NCBI GenBank assembly: GCA_032718475.1
Contig: JAUCBJ010001028.1
Coordinates: 1 to 46,052 of the forward strand
Length of the DNA stretch: 46,052 bases
Direction: 5' to 3'
Source: Nemertoderma westbladi
Lineage: Eukaryota > Animalia > Xenacoelomorpha
The stretch's first letter is position 1. Each line of letters opens with the position of its first letter. A program made the translations under genes and the position numbers. Below the pieces are notes generated by a model. That model was not told where the DNA came from and made no database searches. It saw only the letters and a list, made by a program, of their open reading frames with translations. Below are positions 1-11,931 of this stretch, one piece after another.

Positions 1-178
1 ATTCCAAATCAACTCGATTTATATCGATCTTAATTCAATGCAATCTAATTATATCTTAACCTACCGTCATACTGCTTTTACTGTTTGTAATTTTGTATCA
101 GTATAATTGGATGTTATTAGTTGAAGAATATCAATAATCAACCCACGTTTTCCCAATATCCTTGATACACTACAGGTT

Positions 179-780
179 AGAGAGAAGGGTTATGTACAAC
201 AATTGCGACTTTATTATTGTGTTTGTAGTGAATCTAATGTTGTTTGACAGACACTACCTGAGTCCAGTGCATATCTCTTTATACCTGATCAAAGTCAGTA
301 ACTGTCGGCATATCAGTGAGCAGTGTTGTGCGTTACCGGTAGCGTGCGTGATTGTAAAGTGATTTGGATCTGATAATAAAGCATTCCTAAAGAATGCGCC
401 CTATGCTTGAAATTTAAGCCATATCGTTGTGTGTAGTATCAGTCATAACTCTGTTTACATAGGTAGAGCGCCACGTCCTAAAAGGAACTGCTAATATTTC
501 CCGAAAGTGAATAATATTTGTCAGAGATTATATATTAGTAATCAATCGAATAATACAGTAGGCTTGACCGCAAATAAATTTAAGCCCACGAATCCAGTCT
601 CCCGGTGTTATAAACGGGTCATTTGGACGCGCATGGACTGGCTTCGGCTAATGTTTTGGTTTGTTTTGTATTAAATCTTATTATCTTAAAAAAGGCAGAT
701 TATCAATAAAGACATATAAATTTCGGCAGGTTAAACTGCTGAAGGTCTATAAAAGCGCGTACAATCTGCAAGCTCTCTTA
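179..780 (+). ncRNA. Putative large structured RNA or structured repeat, copy 1 (unknown family)
   Basis: Diverged homolog of 41511-42103. Stems with compensatory changes: ccagtc 594-599/gactgg 636-641, ttcggcag 722-729/ctgctgaa 736-743, pseudoknot acgcgc 627-632/gcgcgt 755-760, closing agagag 179-184/ctctct 773-778. G-U pairs favour the + strand. Confidence 0.6.
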
Positions 781-964
781 TCACTGCGGGGGGGGGGGGG
801 GGGGGTGTAAAATGATTGATAGAAAGGCTTTTTATAAATTACAGTACTACTATTATATTATAAGCTTTCACTATACTCATTGTACTTTTTTAGTACATTT
901 TTCTCATTCTATTTCGATACTAACATTAGAGAATATAGCGATGGGTAGATGAGGGTATTGAAGG

Positions 965-1922
965 TAGGCGGCGCACTTAAACATAACAAAAATTTATGTA
1001 ATTTTCGAAGTGTCTAGGAATCAAAACACAAAAAAGTGGCTAAAATAAGGTCGAAATTTTCGACTAATATTTTTTCCCCAAACCATAAATATATATATCA
1101 TTTTAAAGCTTTTGATTGGGAGATGTAATTTTAGGTGTATGTGTCCCCCGCTGTAATCGATTGTCTCCCATCAGTAATGGTTATTTTATTGTAGCTTTCC
1201 CCCATTGTTATCGATTGTCCCCCATCTGTAATGGTTATTTTATTGTATTTGTCCCCGCTTGTGACGCTAATTTTAGTGGAGACTTTCCTGTCTGTAATCA
1301 ATAATAATCAATAAGCTCGGATATTACATTATTAAATGTACTTTATTTGACAATCCACAAAGCTAAATTTCCCCTTTATTACCTTATCCTGCTCTTTATT
1401 TCCCCTTTATTTTGGTTAAAAATAATAATTTATTTACATCAGATCTGCTAAAATATTACCTACTGTACAAGTAGAAATCTTAAAAACGGTATAACCAGTT
1501 GCTTATGGCTGCTTCATATGTTTCATATGTATTAGATTAGGGTAGGTGTAATTCGATACCTAATGAAATATGGCAATAGCCTACCCACCTACTGTATGTA
1601 CCGGTACAGTCTTTAAAACTGAAAGTTACAGGGGGGACATTACCATTACAGGAGGTGACATGTCCAGCATCAGTTTTGGCTTCAAATCAATGTTTGGAGT
1701 ATTGGACCGTCTCATGTTTTGATGATGGTTGAATCAAATATTATGGAACTGAAAATTGACAATTTTACCTTCATTTTGAGGGTGAATGTAGGATAAATGG
1801 TCAAATAGGTCAAGAGTTATGGGGCCGCCAAATTTTTATAAACGATCTGGCCACTTTTTTGAGTTTTGACTCGTAGGCCTATGTGAATACCATGAAAATG
1901 TCCTAATTTAGCGTTAGCGCTA
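965..1922. mobile_element. Non-autonomous DNA element with imperfect long inverted ends and internal gtcccc...tgtaat repeats
   Basis: ctaggaatcaaaacacaaaaaagtggc (1014-1040) is a near-perfect reverse complement of 1850-1876. Tandem gtcccc-containing units at ~1140-1300. Ends approximate. Confidence 0.5.
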
Positions 1923-2161
1923 ATAACCCATAATAATGTTTATTCATGCTTACTTACAAGTGTGAACCGAAATTTAGTCTGGCGGAGATTTTCAACAAAT
2001 ATTAAATCTCTTTTAAATCCTTTAATATTAAACAGAAGATTATGTTATTATTGCTTTGGCGTGAGTTGGCTAAATAAGAACTTCTGAACTTAATAGGCCT
2101 CGTCGTTTGTTATGTTTTACAAGTTTTACAGTCTAGTCTAGGTTTTACACCATCAACTCAC

Positions 2162-2845
2162 CTCGGCTTCCAGACTTTCGGGACGGCTCAACAGATGACC
2201 TTCCGGCCCAGTTATTCCGGCATCCAATACACTTTTCTGCAGATCATCTATGACGTCACCATTCTCAGCATGGACCATAGCCAGCGCCCCGATATCGCGA
2301 CAATGTTGAAACACCTCAATAGTCTCGCTGTCTGTCAACATCAAATCATTTTTGTATGCCATATATATCTTGAACGAATTAACTCCCTTTTCTTTGACTA
2401 AAACCTCCATATCTTCTTTGACCTGCTGGTTCCACGAGGTAATAGCGACGTGCAAAGAGTAATCGCAGCAGACCTTGGGGTCCGCCCAGTCGCGCCATCT
2501 CTCGTACGCCACCAGCGGGGACTCGCGTTTCGAGGGAATAGCGAAATCAATGATAGTGGTAGTTCCACCACAGAGCGCAGCTCGTGTTCCAATGAAGAAA
2601 TCATCCACACTAACCGTGCCCATAAAGGGTAGTTGGAAGTGGGTGTGGACATCCAGACCACCAGGCATTACTAACTTATCAGTCGCGTCTATAATAGTAG
2701 CACCTCCAGGTATCTGTAAATCCTTCCCGACCTGTTTAATAACTCCATTCTCGATGTAAACATCAGCCTTCTCGGAGTAATCATCGTTTACAACCCGTCC
2801 ACCTTTTATGAGGATACGCTTCTGTGATCCCGCTGTGAGTACCAT
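2162..2845 (-). CDS. DPYS: Dihydropyrimidinase copy C, exon 1 (228 codons); exon 2 not in window
   Basis: GGLDVHTH metal motif, SFKIYMAYK (carbamylated Lys), VHAENG. Ends GAG|GTGAGT (donor 2156-2161), the same 684-nt exon as copies A and B. Confidence 0.92.
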
Positions 2846-3029
2846 TGTGTCGATATGGATTGTTTATAATTATTAAATATATTTATACGCTTTTTCAACT
2901 AGACTTTGATTGCTACTAGGTCTACGTACATAATTTACTGTACAATATAATTATTATTATTATTATTTAACATTATTCAACACTCATGCATAACAAACGC
3001 CAAGATTTATTGCAATACCACCCACCTAC

Positions 3030-3210
3030 TGTATATCAACCACCCTCCGTGAACGCAGATAGAGATTCAGTGGGCACTGCTGGCGAAGTAAACAGGTCTA
3101 CTTCTCTGGAAACCAACACAAGGAAAGCGCAGCCGTAGAAGAGACTGATTTCAAAGGGATACTGGACTTGAGAGACACGAAATTGGGACAACTATGGAGA
3201 ATCGGGAAGA
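3030..3210 (+). pseudogene. Degenerate 3' fragment of an RTE-like non-LTR retrotransposon ORF
   Basis: Translates with a stop and frameshifts to ISTTLRERR*RFSGHCWRSK...LLWKPTQGKR...DTGLE...MENR, resembling the C-terminus of the RT at 22560-24160. Confidence 0.6.
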
Positions 3211-3762
3211 ATTTCCACTTTTCGAGGTCGATATGTAGACCTACAGTACACGATAATTATACATGATATTGGGTACGCAGCAGTCGAGCATTCACTACCC
3301 TATGGAGTATGGAGACAGGGGGGGGGGGGGGGGTGGGGGGGGTGGCTGGACGTAAATTCCATTTCGGCGAATTAATATTTCGTCTCAATGTTAAATTCTA
3401 AGTTTAGGGAAAGGTGCAGGTTGCAGTGACGCGTGTTATTCTAACCAAAACAATAAATGAAACTCAATAGTACACGTTACAGTTTTATTTTTTAGAGTAG
3501 GCTAATGAGATGTTTACTTGCGTCGAATTTCCCATGGAGGGGGATTTGATAGCGTCAAAACACCCCGCTTTCTGACGTTATGATGACGACAAATTCACAA
3601 TAGTTGTCAACATCTGTTCCGACTTCATTGATATGGTTCGTTTCAAATTGGAACACAATTAATTATTTTAGTTTAAGAAAACATTTACGATATTTTAGTT
3701 AACGTAATATATCACCCACGTTCATATTCTTATATTTTAAAATATATCTTGCAATACTTATT

Positions 3763-3832
3763 ATTGTTATGTATATTCCGTTGCTTTGATTGTGCATGCA
3801 CGTACTGTGCTACGTTGGTAGTGCTACTCTTC
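3763..3832. repeat. Dispersed ~70-bp repeat with an inverted copy at ~7953-8026
   Basis: attgttatgtatattccgttgctttgattgtgcatg...tgtgctacgttggtagtgctactctt matches the reverse complement of the 7953-8026 region. Confidence 0.75.
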
Positions 3833-4091
3833 ATTTTTATTTTTATATTTTTTACATTCAATATAAATAAATAAGTGCTGGATGCCAGATACAATACATT
3901 CTATGACGTACTATTAATGTTAATTAAATCGTGTATTTTGGTATATATCATGTATTTAAAAATGTTCATTTTTGGTAATATAAATAAAAAAGATTACAAA
4001 AATAATGATTTAAGTTCTGGAATTCAATATTGTTTGTTCTAGCATACATAATTAACTAGTTCTAGAACACTATATTTCTTAGTGCAAGATG

Positions 4092-4925
4092 TCACTGTTG
4101 CGGGTAGGTGGTCGTTTTTTCCATTACAGGACCCGTGTAAGGCTCGCGATCGACTCCCTGCGGACGAGCAGCCCTTCGGCGCAACGTTGAGTAAATAAAC
4201 TCGCAATTCGCGTGCCGAGACAAGAACTTACCGGAGCCTTTAACCATCAACAGCTTGGATTCGTCCACCACGAGCTCCCCACGACATATTACGTAGATCG
4301 GTTGGCCTTGAACCTCGAGGCCTTCAAAAATGTTGAAATCGCAAGCGTGATGGTGAGTCGCCGCAGATAGGGTTCGCTTTACTTCCGGGTCCCACACAAT
4401 GACGTCCCCATCGGATCCAACGGCAACACGACCTTTCTGGGGGTACAAGTTGAATATCTTGGCGCTGTTGGTAGAGGTAACAGCAACGAACTGGTTCTCC
4501 GACAATACTCCTGGGACGACGCCTTTAGTCCAGACCACAGCTAGTCTGTCTTCTACGCCATTGATACCGCTGGGGATTTTAGTGAAGTCGTCCTTCCCCA
4601 TGGCCTTCTGGTCCGCATTGAATGTGCAGTTATCGGTTGACACGGTAGACAGCGATCCGTTACCAAGACAGTCCATTAGATACCCGGGAGTTTTTGGATC
4701 GGCGCGCAGCGGGGGACTAATTACGAACGCGGCTGCGTGGCGCCAGCACCCGTTGTAGTAATGGGTCCCGTCGGCCCCCAGACTGGCCGCTATTGGCTCC
4801 CCGAAGCAGACCTTCCCCGCAGCTCGCGCTGCCGCTATCACGTCGGCGCAGGATTTACTCATCACGTGGACAATGTAGACCGGACAGCTGTAGATGTCGC
4901 CTATTGTTATGGCTCTCCCGGCAGC
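4092..4925 (-). CDS. DPYS: Dihydropyrimidinase copy B, exon 2 (spliced protein 505 aa)
   Basis: Acceptor ccacag|GCT GCC GGG AGA (AAGRAITIGDIYSCPVYIVHVMSK), phase 0 and in frame with ORF 4092-4865. STDNCTF catalytic Asp, YPQKG, GSDGD. Confidence 0.93.
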   Translation of the reverse strand, partial: AAGRAITIGDIYSCPVYIVHVMSKSCADVIAAARAAGKVCFGEPIAASLGADGTHYYNGCWRHAAAFVISPPLRADPKTPGYLMDCLGNGSLSTVSTDNCTFNADQKAMGKDDFTKIPSGINGVEDRLAVVWTKGVVPGVLSENQFVAVTSTNSAKIFNLYPQKGRVAVGSDGDVIVWDPEVKRTLSAATHHHACDFNIFEGLEVQGQPIYVICRGELVVDESKLLMVKGSGKFLSRHANCEFIYSTLRRRAARPQGVDREPYTGPVMEKTTTYPQQ

Positions 4926-5894
4926 CTGTGGAAAATAAGAACTTATTTAATATCAACATTCACTAATGATAATTCAGTTCAAAGCAAAAACGAAATTAAT
5001 TTAAAAAGAAATTGGATCTCTCAATACGAACTACAACTACTAACCATAAAACCAACAGGTTTTACAAAGTATTTAAGTATTTAAAACATTAAATAATATT
5101 TAACTACAAAATTTAACCTTCAATTATTTTATACTTTGTCTACTTTCAGCCGTTTCTTGACACCATCCAACCATAAGGAACTAGACTAACTCCTGTTCAA
5201 TTGGTCTACATAATGCGCTTTATCAACCTTTTTAGCTCTTCACTAGGTTTGTGAAGCGGAGACACTCTAATAGAACCAGTTCTAGAATGACATCCGGTCA
5301 TATGTAATTCTGAAGTTATCAACCACTACAGACTATAATAGGCCTATTATTGAACAGAACGAGAGACAAACCTACATAACAAGATTATGCACGGGGACCC
5401 GCCTTCGCAAATTATACTTGAGTACAGTACTTTCCACCGACGGTAGACAATTCCACAAGACCACCCTGCACAGTTGATATAAACAAACACTGCAGTAATC
5501 TGTGTCACCACTACTATGTTCTTATACATACATGCCTTGTCCCTTTCCCTTCTCGACTACCACAGCTAGACCGAAACTAAATGGACTCAATAATGCTACA
5601 CAACATAAAACACTACAACTTGAACTTCTATGTTACAAATTAGGTTGCTCTTGGGCATTCAATACTCAAGAAGACTATTATTGATTGAATGGGGGAATCT
5701 TTCAGGCTCGTTAACCCAAGGAATGCCTTCACCACCATATGGGCAATCTTTCCACAGTAAACCGTTCCACTCTACAAGTAGACTAGTGATAGGTTTATAA
5801 GTTTTCTCGTCCTTCTTTTGAGTTATTGCTGCTACAATAAATGGTTCCATAGTATTACATACCGCTACTATATTAATTAAGATAACCAACTCAC

Positions 5895-6578
5895 CTCGGC
5901 TTCCAAGCTTTCCGGACGGCTCAACAGATGACCTTCTGGTCCAGTTATTCCCGCCTCCAATACACTTTTCTGTAGATCAGCTATGACGTCACCATTCTCA
6001 GCATGGACCATAGCCAGCGCACCGAGATCGCGACAATGCTGAAACACCTCAATAGTCTCGCTGTCTGACAACATCATAACGTCTTTGTAGGCCATGAATA
6101 TCTTGAACGAATTAACCCCCTTTTCTTTGACTAAAACCTCCATATCTTCTTTGACCTGCTGGTTCCACGAGGTAATAGCAACGTGCAGAGAGTAATCGCA
6201 GCATACCTTGGGGTCCGCCCAGTCGCGCCATCTCTCGTACGCCACCAGCGGGGACTCGCGTTTCGAGGGAATAGCGAAATCAATGATAGTGGTAGTTCCC
6301 CCACAGAGCGCAGCTCGTGTACCAATGAAGAAATCATCCACACTAACCGTGCCCATAAAGGGCAGTTGGAAGTGGGTGTGGGCATCCAGACCCCCGGGCA
6401 TTACTAACTTATCAGTCGCGTCTATAATAGTAGCACCTCCAGGTATCTGTAAATCCTTCCCGACCTGTTTAATAACTCCATTCTCGATGTAAACATCAGC
6501 CATCTCCGAGTAATCATCGTTTACAACCCGTCCACCTTTTATGAGGATACGCTTCTGTGATCCCGCTGTGAATACCAT
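5895..6578 (-). CDS. DPYS: Dihydropyrimidinase copy B, exon 1
   Basis: [20 protein letters not shown]. Donor GAG|GTGAGT at 5889-5894; intron 4926-5894 (969 bp). Confidence 0.93.
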
Positions 6579-7202
6579 TGTGTCGATGTTTGGGTTATTA
6601 AATATTAAAGAAATATTAAACTCTTTTGTAATTTGTAACTATGATTTTCTCTATAGTATTTATGTAGCTATTGGCTTTTTACAGCCGTAGTATATAGGCG
6701 ACTTCCATGATCCGTAATTCTGTCCCGCAATTTCCAGTCGCATTTCTCCGTGGGTGTAATTTATTGCCCTGCCAAAATTGGTCGATAGAGCGTAGTATTA
6801 ATTATATACTATTATAGAAACTGTTCTAGGGTTCTGCGAACACCACAAAACAAACACCTGGAAAACACAGCTTGCCAACACATTGTTACTATAATTAATT
6901 ATAATGACCGTGATTGATGGTTAACGGATAATATATACACTACCTTACAATTGTAGCGAGAGGATAATTACATTACAGGGTTCATCACAGTACAGTGGCT
7001 GCAGATATATTGGTATCGACAGATGGGAGGCCTTTTGACGACGTAGATTGAGGACATTGCCAGAGTTCTATCATGGAGAACACTCGTTCTGTCCCATGTG
7101 GAGGTAGCATTACCGATTTTGTAGAGCTCTGCCCAACAGAAATTATAATGAAAAGGAACTGACGGTTTGTCACACTGACTATTCACTCGTGTTACGTTTT
7201 AT

Positions 7203-7340
7203 TCTTACTTACAAGTGTGAATCGAAATTGAGTTATTCACAACTCACTCAACAGCTTATAACAAGATATTATTTATTAATCTTATTACAAGATATTTTAT
7301 TTTGTATTGCTTTGTGGCGAGTCGGCTAAATAAGAACTCA
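7203..7340. repeat. Dispersed repeat shared with ~1948-2085
   Basis: Both loci have ttacttacaagtgtgaa(c/t)cgaaatt ... tattgcttt...gagt(t/c)ggctaaataagaact. Confidence 0.6.
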
Positions 7341-9109
7341 AGTATGTTTGATAGATTTAAGAAGTTTCCACGTCTTGTACGGTAAGTAACAAGACTTCAT
7401 CCATTGATTATAGTTTCACACAATATAGGAGGGGGGTCTTTGTTTGTTTTCTTACATAAATATTTCCCTAAGAAGAAGTTTGATATACGACGTCCCCCTG
7501 TTGACTTTAACATTGTAGAATCCCACTGGTTCACTTCAGTTTCAGTAGCAAGTTAAATTAATTCGGAGAAAAAAACTTTTCTAAAAAAATACATGTGAAA
7601 GATACTATTGTCTTGGGAGAGAGGTGGACAACGGATTTGCGTAAAATTGTTAATAAAACATTTGTTTTTCCACTTAAATATAATCAGTTCTAGGCCTAGT
7701 AATTATTTAATTATTCAATATTAACGAAATATGGGACTAATTAATACAAGGTATTGATTGTGTTCATTCTTGCGTTGTTTTAAATAAAATGTTAGAAGTA
7801 CACGAACTTGAATTAATAAATTCACAATTATAATTTGCTTTTTAAACGGTTAACAAACATTAAAATGAATAATAGGCCTACTTTATTGGTAAGAAACGTA
7901 AACACGATAAATATATAATCAAACTCACCAGAAATACATTAAAAATGCAAAAAAGAGTAGCACTACCAACGTAGCACAGCACGGTACGTACATGCACAAT
8001 CAAAGCAACGGAATATACATAACAATTACAATAACTAAGATATGATTTTATGTTCTATAAAGGAATATAATACTAATGAATTGAACACCATGTTGTTATA
8101 GATACTAATTACGAGCTGTGATTGGTTACGTAAAGGTCAATAAGTTGATTGGTTACGTAAATGAGGTAATTAAGATACTTTGTTGAGTCTATGGTAAACA
8201 ATCGCGAAGGCATAAATAAATACAACATGAATAACTACTGACTTATAATATGATAATGATATAATATCTAACCGATAAATATTAACTCAGAAAATATAAC
8301 TAATCTACGAATCGATAATAAATAGTATAATATAACTATGATTTATAATACATATAAGTTCTTAAACATTTCCGTGATAATTTAGGTCAAAAAATTGTTG
8401 TTAAATGTTTTGTTAAAAATTGACGGAAGCTTCAATATTGGGGTGGTATTTTTTCAGAAACTTGTAGCTAAAGAATGAAAGCGAAAATAAAAATGCTGAC
8501 ACACCCAACAAGGAGGAGGGATCCCTGTTTCAAATTTAATGCAATATAATTAAGATTCATATAAAATTTGAGGGGTGGGGCAAGCCACTTAATTACAACA
8601 CTATATTCCAGGGGTGTATTAGTAATGGCAGAACTACACAAAGCAAACATTTTCAGTTAAATATTATGTGGGTTAAAATTACATGGCGCTGTAACCTGCT
8701 CCCTTCCTATAATTGATAATAAACATTTTTATTCGCTGAGATGGGATTTTTATCAACAAGGCTACCTACCTGTTTTCCAGACACCTTTGATACTAACTGA
8801 TAGTAATCGATGCTCAGTAAATATAACAACAATAAATATACTAACTAACTATACAGTATATATAATCTCTGACAACCAATTGAACTACTGGAATATAATA
8901 ATAATGGATAGGACTTCTACAACGTACTAAAATTATTAATCATGACAATGTGTGAAGTGATCAGTAAACACGTCTCTATGTGCAATATACCATTGTGGCT
9001 CAAAAAAGAAGGGTTGTATTTATGATTAAAATAATTTCACACAGCAATCTCACATGCTGAAATAAATATTCAATAAAAATGCAGCCTAAGGCAACCTCTT
9101 AGGGGCGGG

Positions 9110-9260
9110 AGAGGGGGTGGGAGTGAAATATATGACTTTTTGTGACAAGGGGGGGGGGGGGTGGGAGTGAAATATATGACTTTTTGTGACAAGGGAGGGG
9201 GGGGGGGAGTGAAATATATGACTTTTTGTGACAAGGGGGGGGGGGGGGGGGGGGGGGGGG
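9110..9260. repeat. Three tandem units of gggagtgaaatatatgactttttgtgacaag plus G-runs
   Basis: Unit visible three times, separated by poly-G. Confidence 0.85.
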
Positions 9261-10549
9261 CTCACGAATTTTGTGATAGATAATGTGACCAGTAGGAAGG
9301 AAGGCCCAGTTGTTATGATAGAAGGAACAAGAGTGGGAGTGGGAATAAAAATATCCGGAACTTAGTGCTTACTTACTTTATGAAAGGCCGCTACACACTG
9401 ACACTAGGTTATTATAAATAGAGGGAATGGTTGGGTCACCTTGGCAGGAGCGATAGAACGAATACTAATAATCTACTTAGAATTCGAGATACGTTTGCTG
9501 AGGTTAATACGAGCTAAGTAGTAAGTACAGATTTTATTGACGCAAAATGGAACATCTCATACGATTATCTAGACTCTTAAACGCATTCCATGTTTAATTT
9601 GAATTTAAGGGGGATTGTATTGTATCAAAGACTTAGTTATAATTGGCAGATATAACCGTGTACTGTGTGTACTGAACTGTAACAGATTTGGTAGGACAGA
9701 CATTAAAGATTAAAATGAGGATTAAAAATTATCAAAATCATGATAACATTGAAAAGAATTGTATGTCCGGACGTATCTGTATGAAGGATGTAATATTACT
9801 TTACTTTCTGATGGTAAGAAAGAATTATATGAGCCGAGGAGAAGTCAATAAGAGGAGAGGGTGGTTATATCATTGTGTGGGAATGGATAAATAAAATGTA
9901 TGGATGGAAAAATAAAGCACGGATGTATAAAGATAAAGCAGCAATGTATAGAACACAGCGGATTAAAACTAGAATTTATGTGCAATTTGTTTAAACTTGG
10001 TGCTGCAAACTAATAACTAAAAACTTAATAATAAGGGTGGGCTGGGTTTATAAGATATACTGCAAATTAAACGCCCAATTATTAGGGTTCAAACACTAAA
10101 CACGTTTGGTAATTAATTAATCATTGCAGCGAGTTAATTAAACGTAACGAAATGAACTGGCAGCTACAATGGGAACAACCTTGTTTAGGTGTCTATAATT
10201 TGGTATAATTACCTTAAATAACAATTAATACTCGATTGATGTTGATCTTGCCTAGATAATAATTCAGTTAATTTTACATAGAAATGGATCTTAAAGTGTA
10301 AAGAAAGAGAAAGACTATAAGAAAGAAATTAAATATTGAGAAAATGGAACGTTATTGTAATTATCAACTAGAATAGAATCACCAGAGTGAAGTTTAGGTT
10401 ATTTTAATATGTGGCTCTTGGATCACTTTTAACTTGCAAAAACGAAAGAAAAGACTAGTAAACACCAAAACAAGGTTGCTTAAATACAGTTTGGCACAAA
10501 TCTGGAAATTGACGATTAGATGATAAATTATTTATATAAACAAAAAGGC

Positions 10550-10941
10550 TGAGTTCTAGAAGATAATAATATTGAATCTAGAAAATTGGCGAAAAAATTA
10601 CAAGTTCTAAAACTAAGTATTTTCGGTTCAAGAACGCACCCAATATTGTCAACAACATAATAGATACAGAGTTCTAGAACGTAAAAATACTGAGTATTAC
10701 AACGCAATGTTGGCGACTTCTAGAACACAATGTGATAAGTTCTAGAAAGTATAATAATTAAGAAGTTCTATAAAACGATATTGTTAAGTTATAGAACGTA
10801 AATTATCGAGTTATAGACATATATAATATATTTACACATATAGAGTTCTAGAACACAATATTGTCACGTTCTAGAACTGAAAAATATAGAGTGTTAGAAC
10901 ACAATAATTCCTTGACTACAGGGGTGGTGTCGGTTCTAGAA
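10550..10941. repeat. Degenerate ~25-30-bp tandem array built on the palindrome TTCTAGAA, 3' of the DPYS-A stop
   Basis: About 14 exact or variant gttctagaac cores between 10552 and 10941. Confidence 0.7.
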
Positions 10942-11931
10942 GGTGATGCTGGACTTCCCACCGGGAGGTTCGTTGACCTGTCTGCCCGGCCGGAATGACT
11001 TCTTATCGTCGACTTGGACGCCGCTGAGAGCGAACCCGGAGGAGTGGAGGTCCCGGGCGCCGCTCTTGGTGAGGCCGCCGTGGAAGTCTCCGTTGTGGAC
11101 CGGCGGCTGGGCGGCGGCCGACGTGTCTACGACGGGGCCCCGGTACGGCTCGCGATCGACGCCCTTGGGAGGGGAGGCCCGGTGGCGCAACTTAGAGTAA
11201 ACGTAGCCGCAATTCGCGTGCCGAGACAAGAACTTACCGGTGCCTTTAACCATCAACAGCTTCGATTCGTCCACCACGAGCTCCCCACGACACATTACGT
11301 AGATCGGTTGGCCTTGAACCTCGAGGCCTTCAAAAATGTTGAAATCACAAGCGTGATGGTGAGTCGCCGCAGATAGGGTGCGCTTTACTTCCGGGTCCCA
11401 CACAATGACGTCACCATCGGATCCAACGGCAACACGACCTTTCTGGGGGTACAAGTTGAATATCTTGGCGCTGTTGGTAGAGGTAACAGCAACAAACTGG
11501 TTCTCAGACAATACTCCTGGGACGACGCCTTTAGTCCAGACCACAGCGAGTCTGTCTTCTACGCCGTTAACTCCGTTTGGTATCTTCGTAAAGTCGTCCT
11601 TCCCCATGGCTTTCTGGTCAGCGTTGAAAGTGCAGTTATCGGTTGACACGGTGGACAGCGATCCGTTAGCTAGACCGGCCATTAGGTAGGCTGGAGTCGT
11701 TGGATCGGCGCGCAGCGGGGGACTCAGTACGAACCCGGCGGCGTGTCGCCAGCACCCGTTGTAGTAATGGGTCCCGTCGGCCCCCAGACTGGCCGCTATT
11801 GGCTCCCCGAAGCAGACCTTCCCCGCAGCTCGCGCTGCCGCTACCACGTCTGCGCAAGATTTACTCATCACGTGGACAATGTATACCGGACAGCCGTAGA
11901 TATCGCCTATTGTAATGGCTCTCCCAGCAGC
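10936..11931 (-). CDS. DPYS: Dihydropyrimidinase copy A, exon 2 (spliced protein 559 aa, CRMP-like C-terminal tail)
   Basis: Acceptor ccgcag|GCT GCT GGG AGA, in frame with ORF 10936-11871. VHVMS, STDNCTF, KIPNGVNG; tail RDLHSSGFALSGVQVDD...PPGGKSSITF. Confidence 0.94.
   Translation of the reverse strand, partial: AAGRAITIGDIYGCPVYIVHVMSKSCADVVAAARAAGKVCFGEPIAASLGADGTHYYNGCWRHAAGFVLSPPLRADPTTPAYLMAGLANGSLSTVSTDNCTFNADQKAMGKDDFTKIPNGVNGVEDRLAVVWTKGVVPGVLSENQFVAVTSTNSAKIFNLYPQKGRVAVGSDGDVIVWDPEVKRTLSAATHHHACDFNIFEGLEVQGQPIYVMCRGELVVDESKLLMVKGTGKFLSRHANCGYVYSKLRHRASPPKGVDREPYRGPVVDTSAAAQPPVHNGDFHGGLTKSGARDLHSSGFALSGVQVDDKKSFRPGRQVNEPPGGKSSITF

Noticed and set aside
788-805. Poly-G/C runs (also ~3318, 9235, 12105, 18902, 30930, 35723) as functional G-quadruplexes
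   Set aside because: Simple homopolymers scattered through the window with no positional pattern; their lengths are unreliable in assemblies.
2195-2759. Antisense and alternate-frame ORFs over DPYS, AGXT2, transposase and ORF573 (e.g. 2475-2759, 10943-11200, 31436-31855, 45215-45679)
   Set aside because: Shadows of real GC-richer coding sequence; they recur only because the genes are duplicated.
4926-5894. DPYS-B intron as another structured-RNA relative (faint similarity to ~43200-43500)
   Set aside because: Only a few short words match and no consistent alignment was seen.
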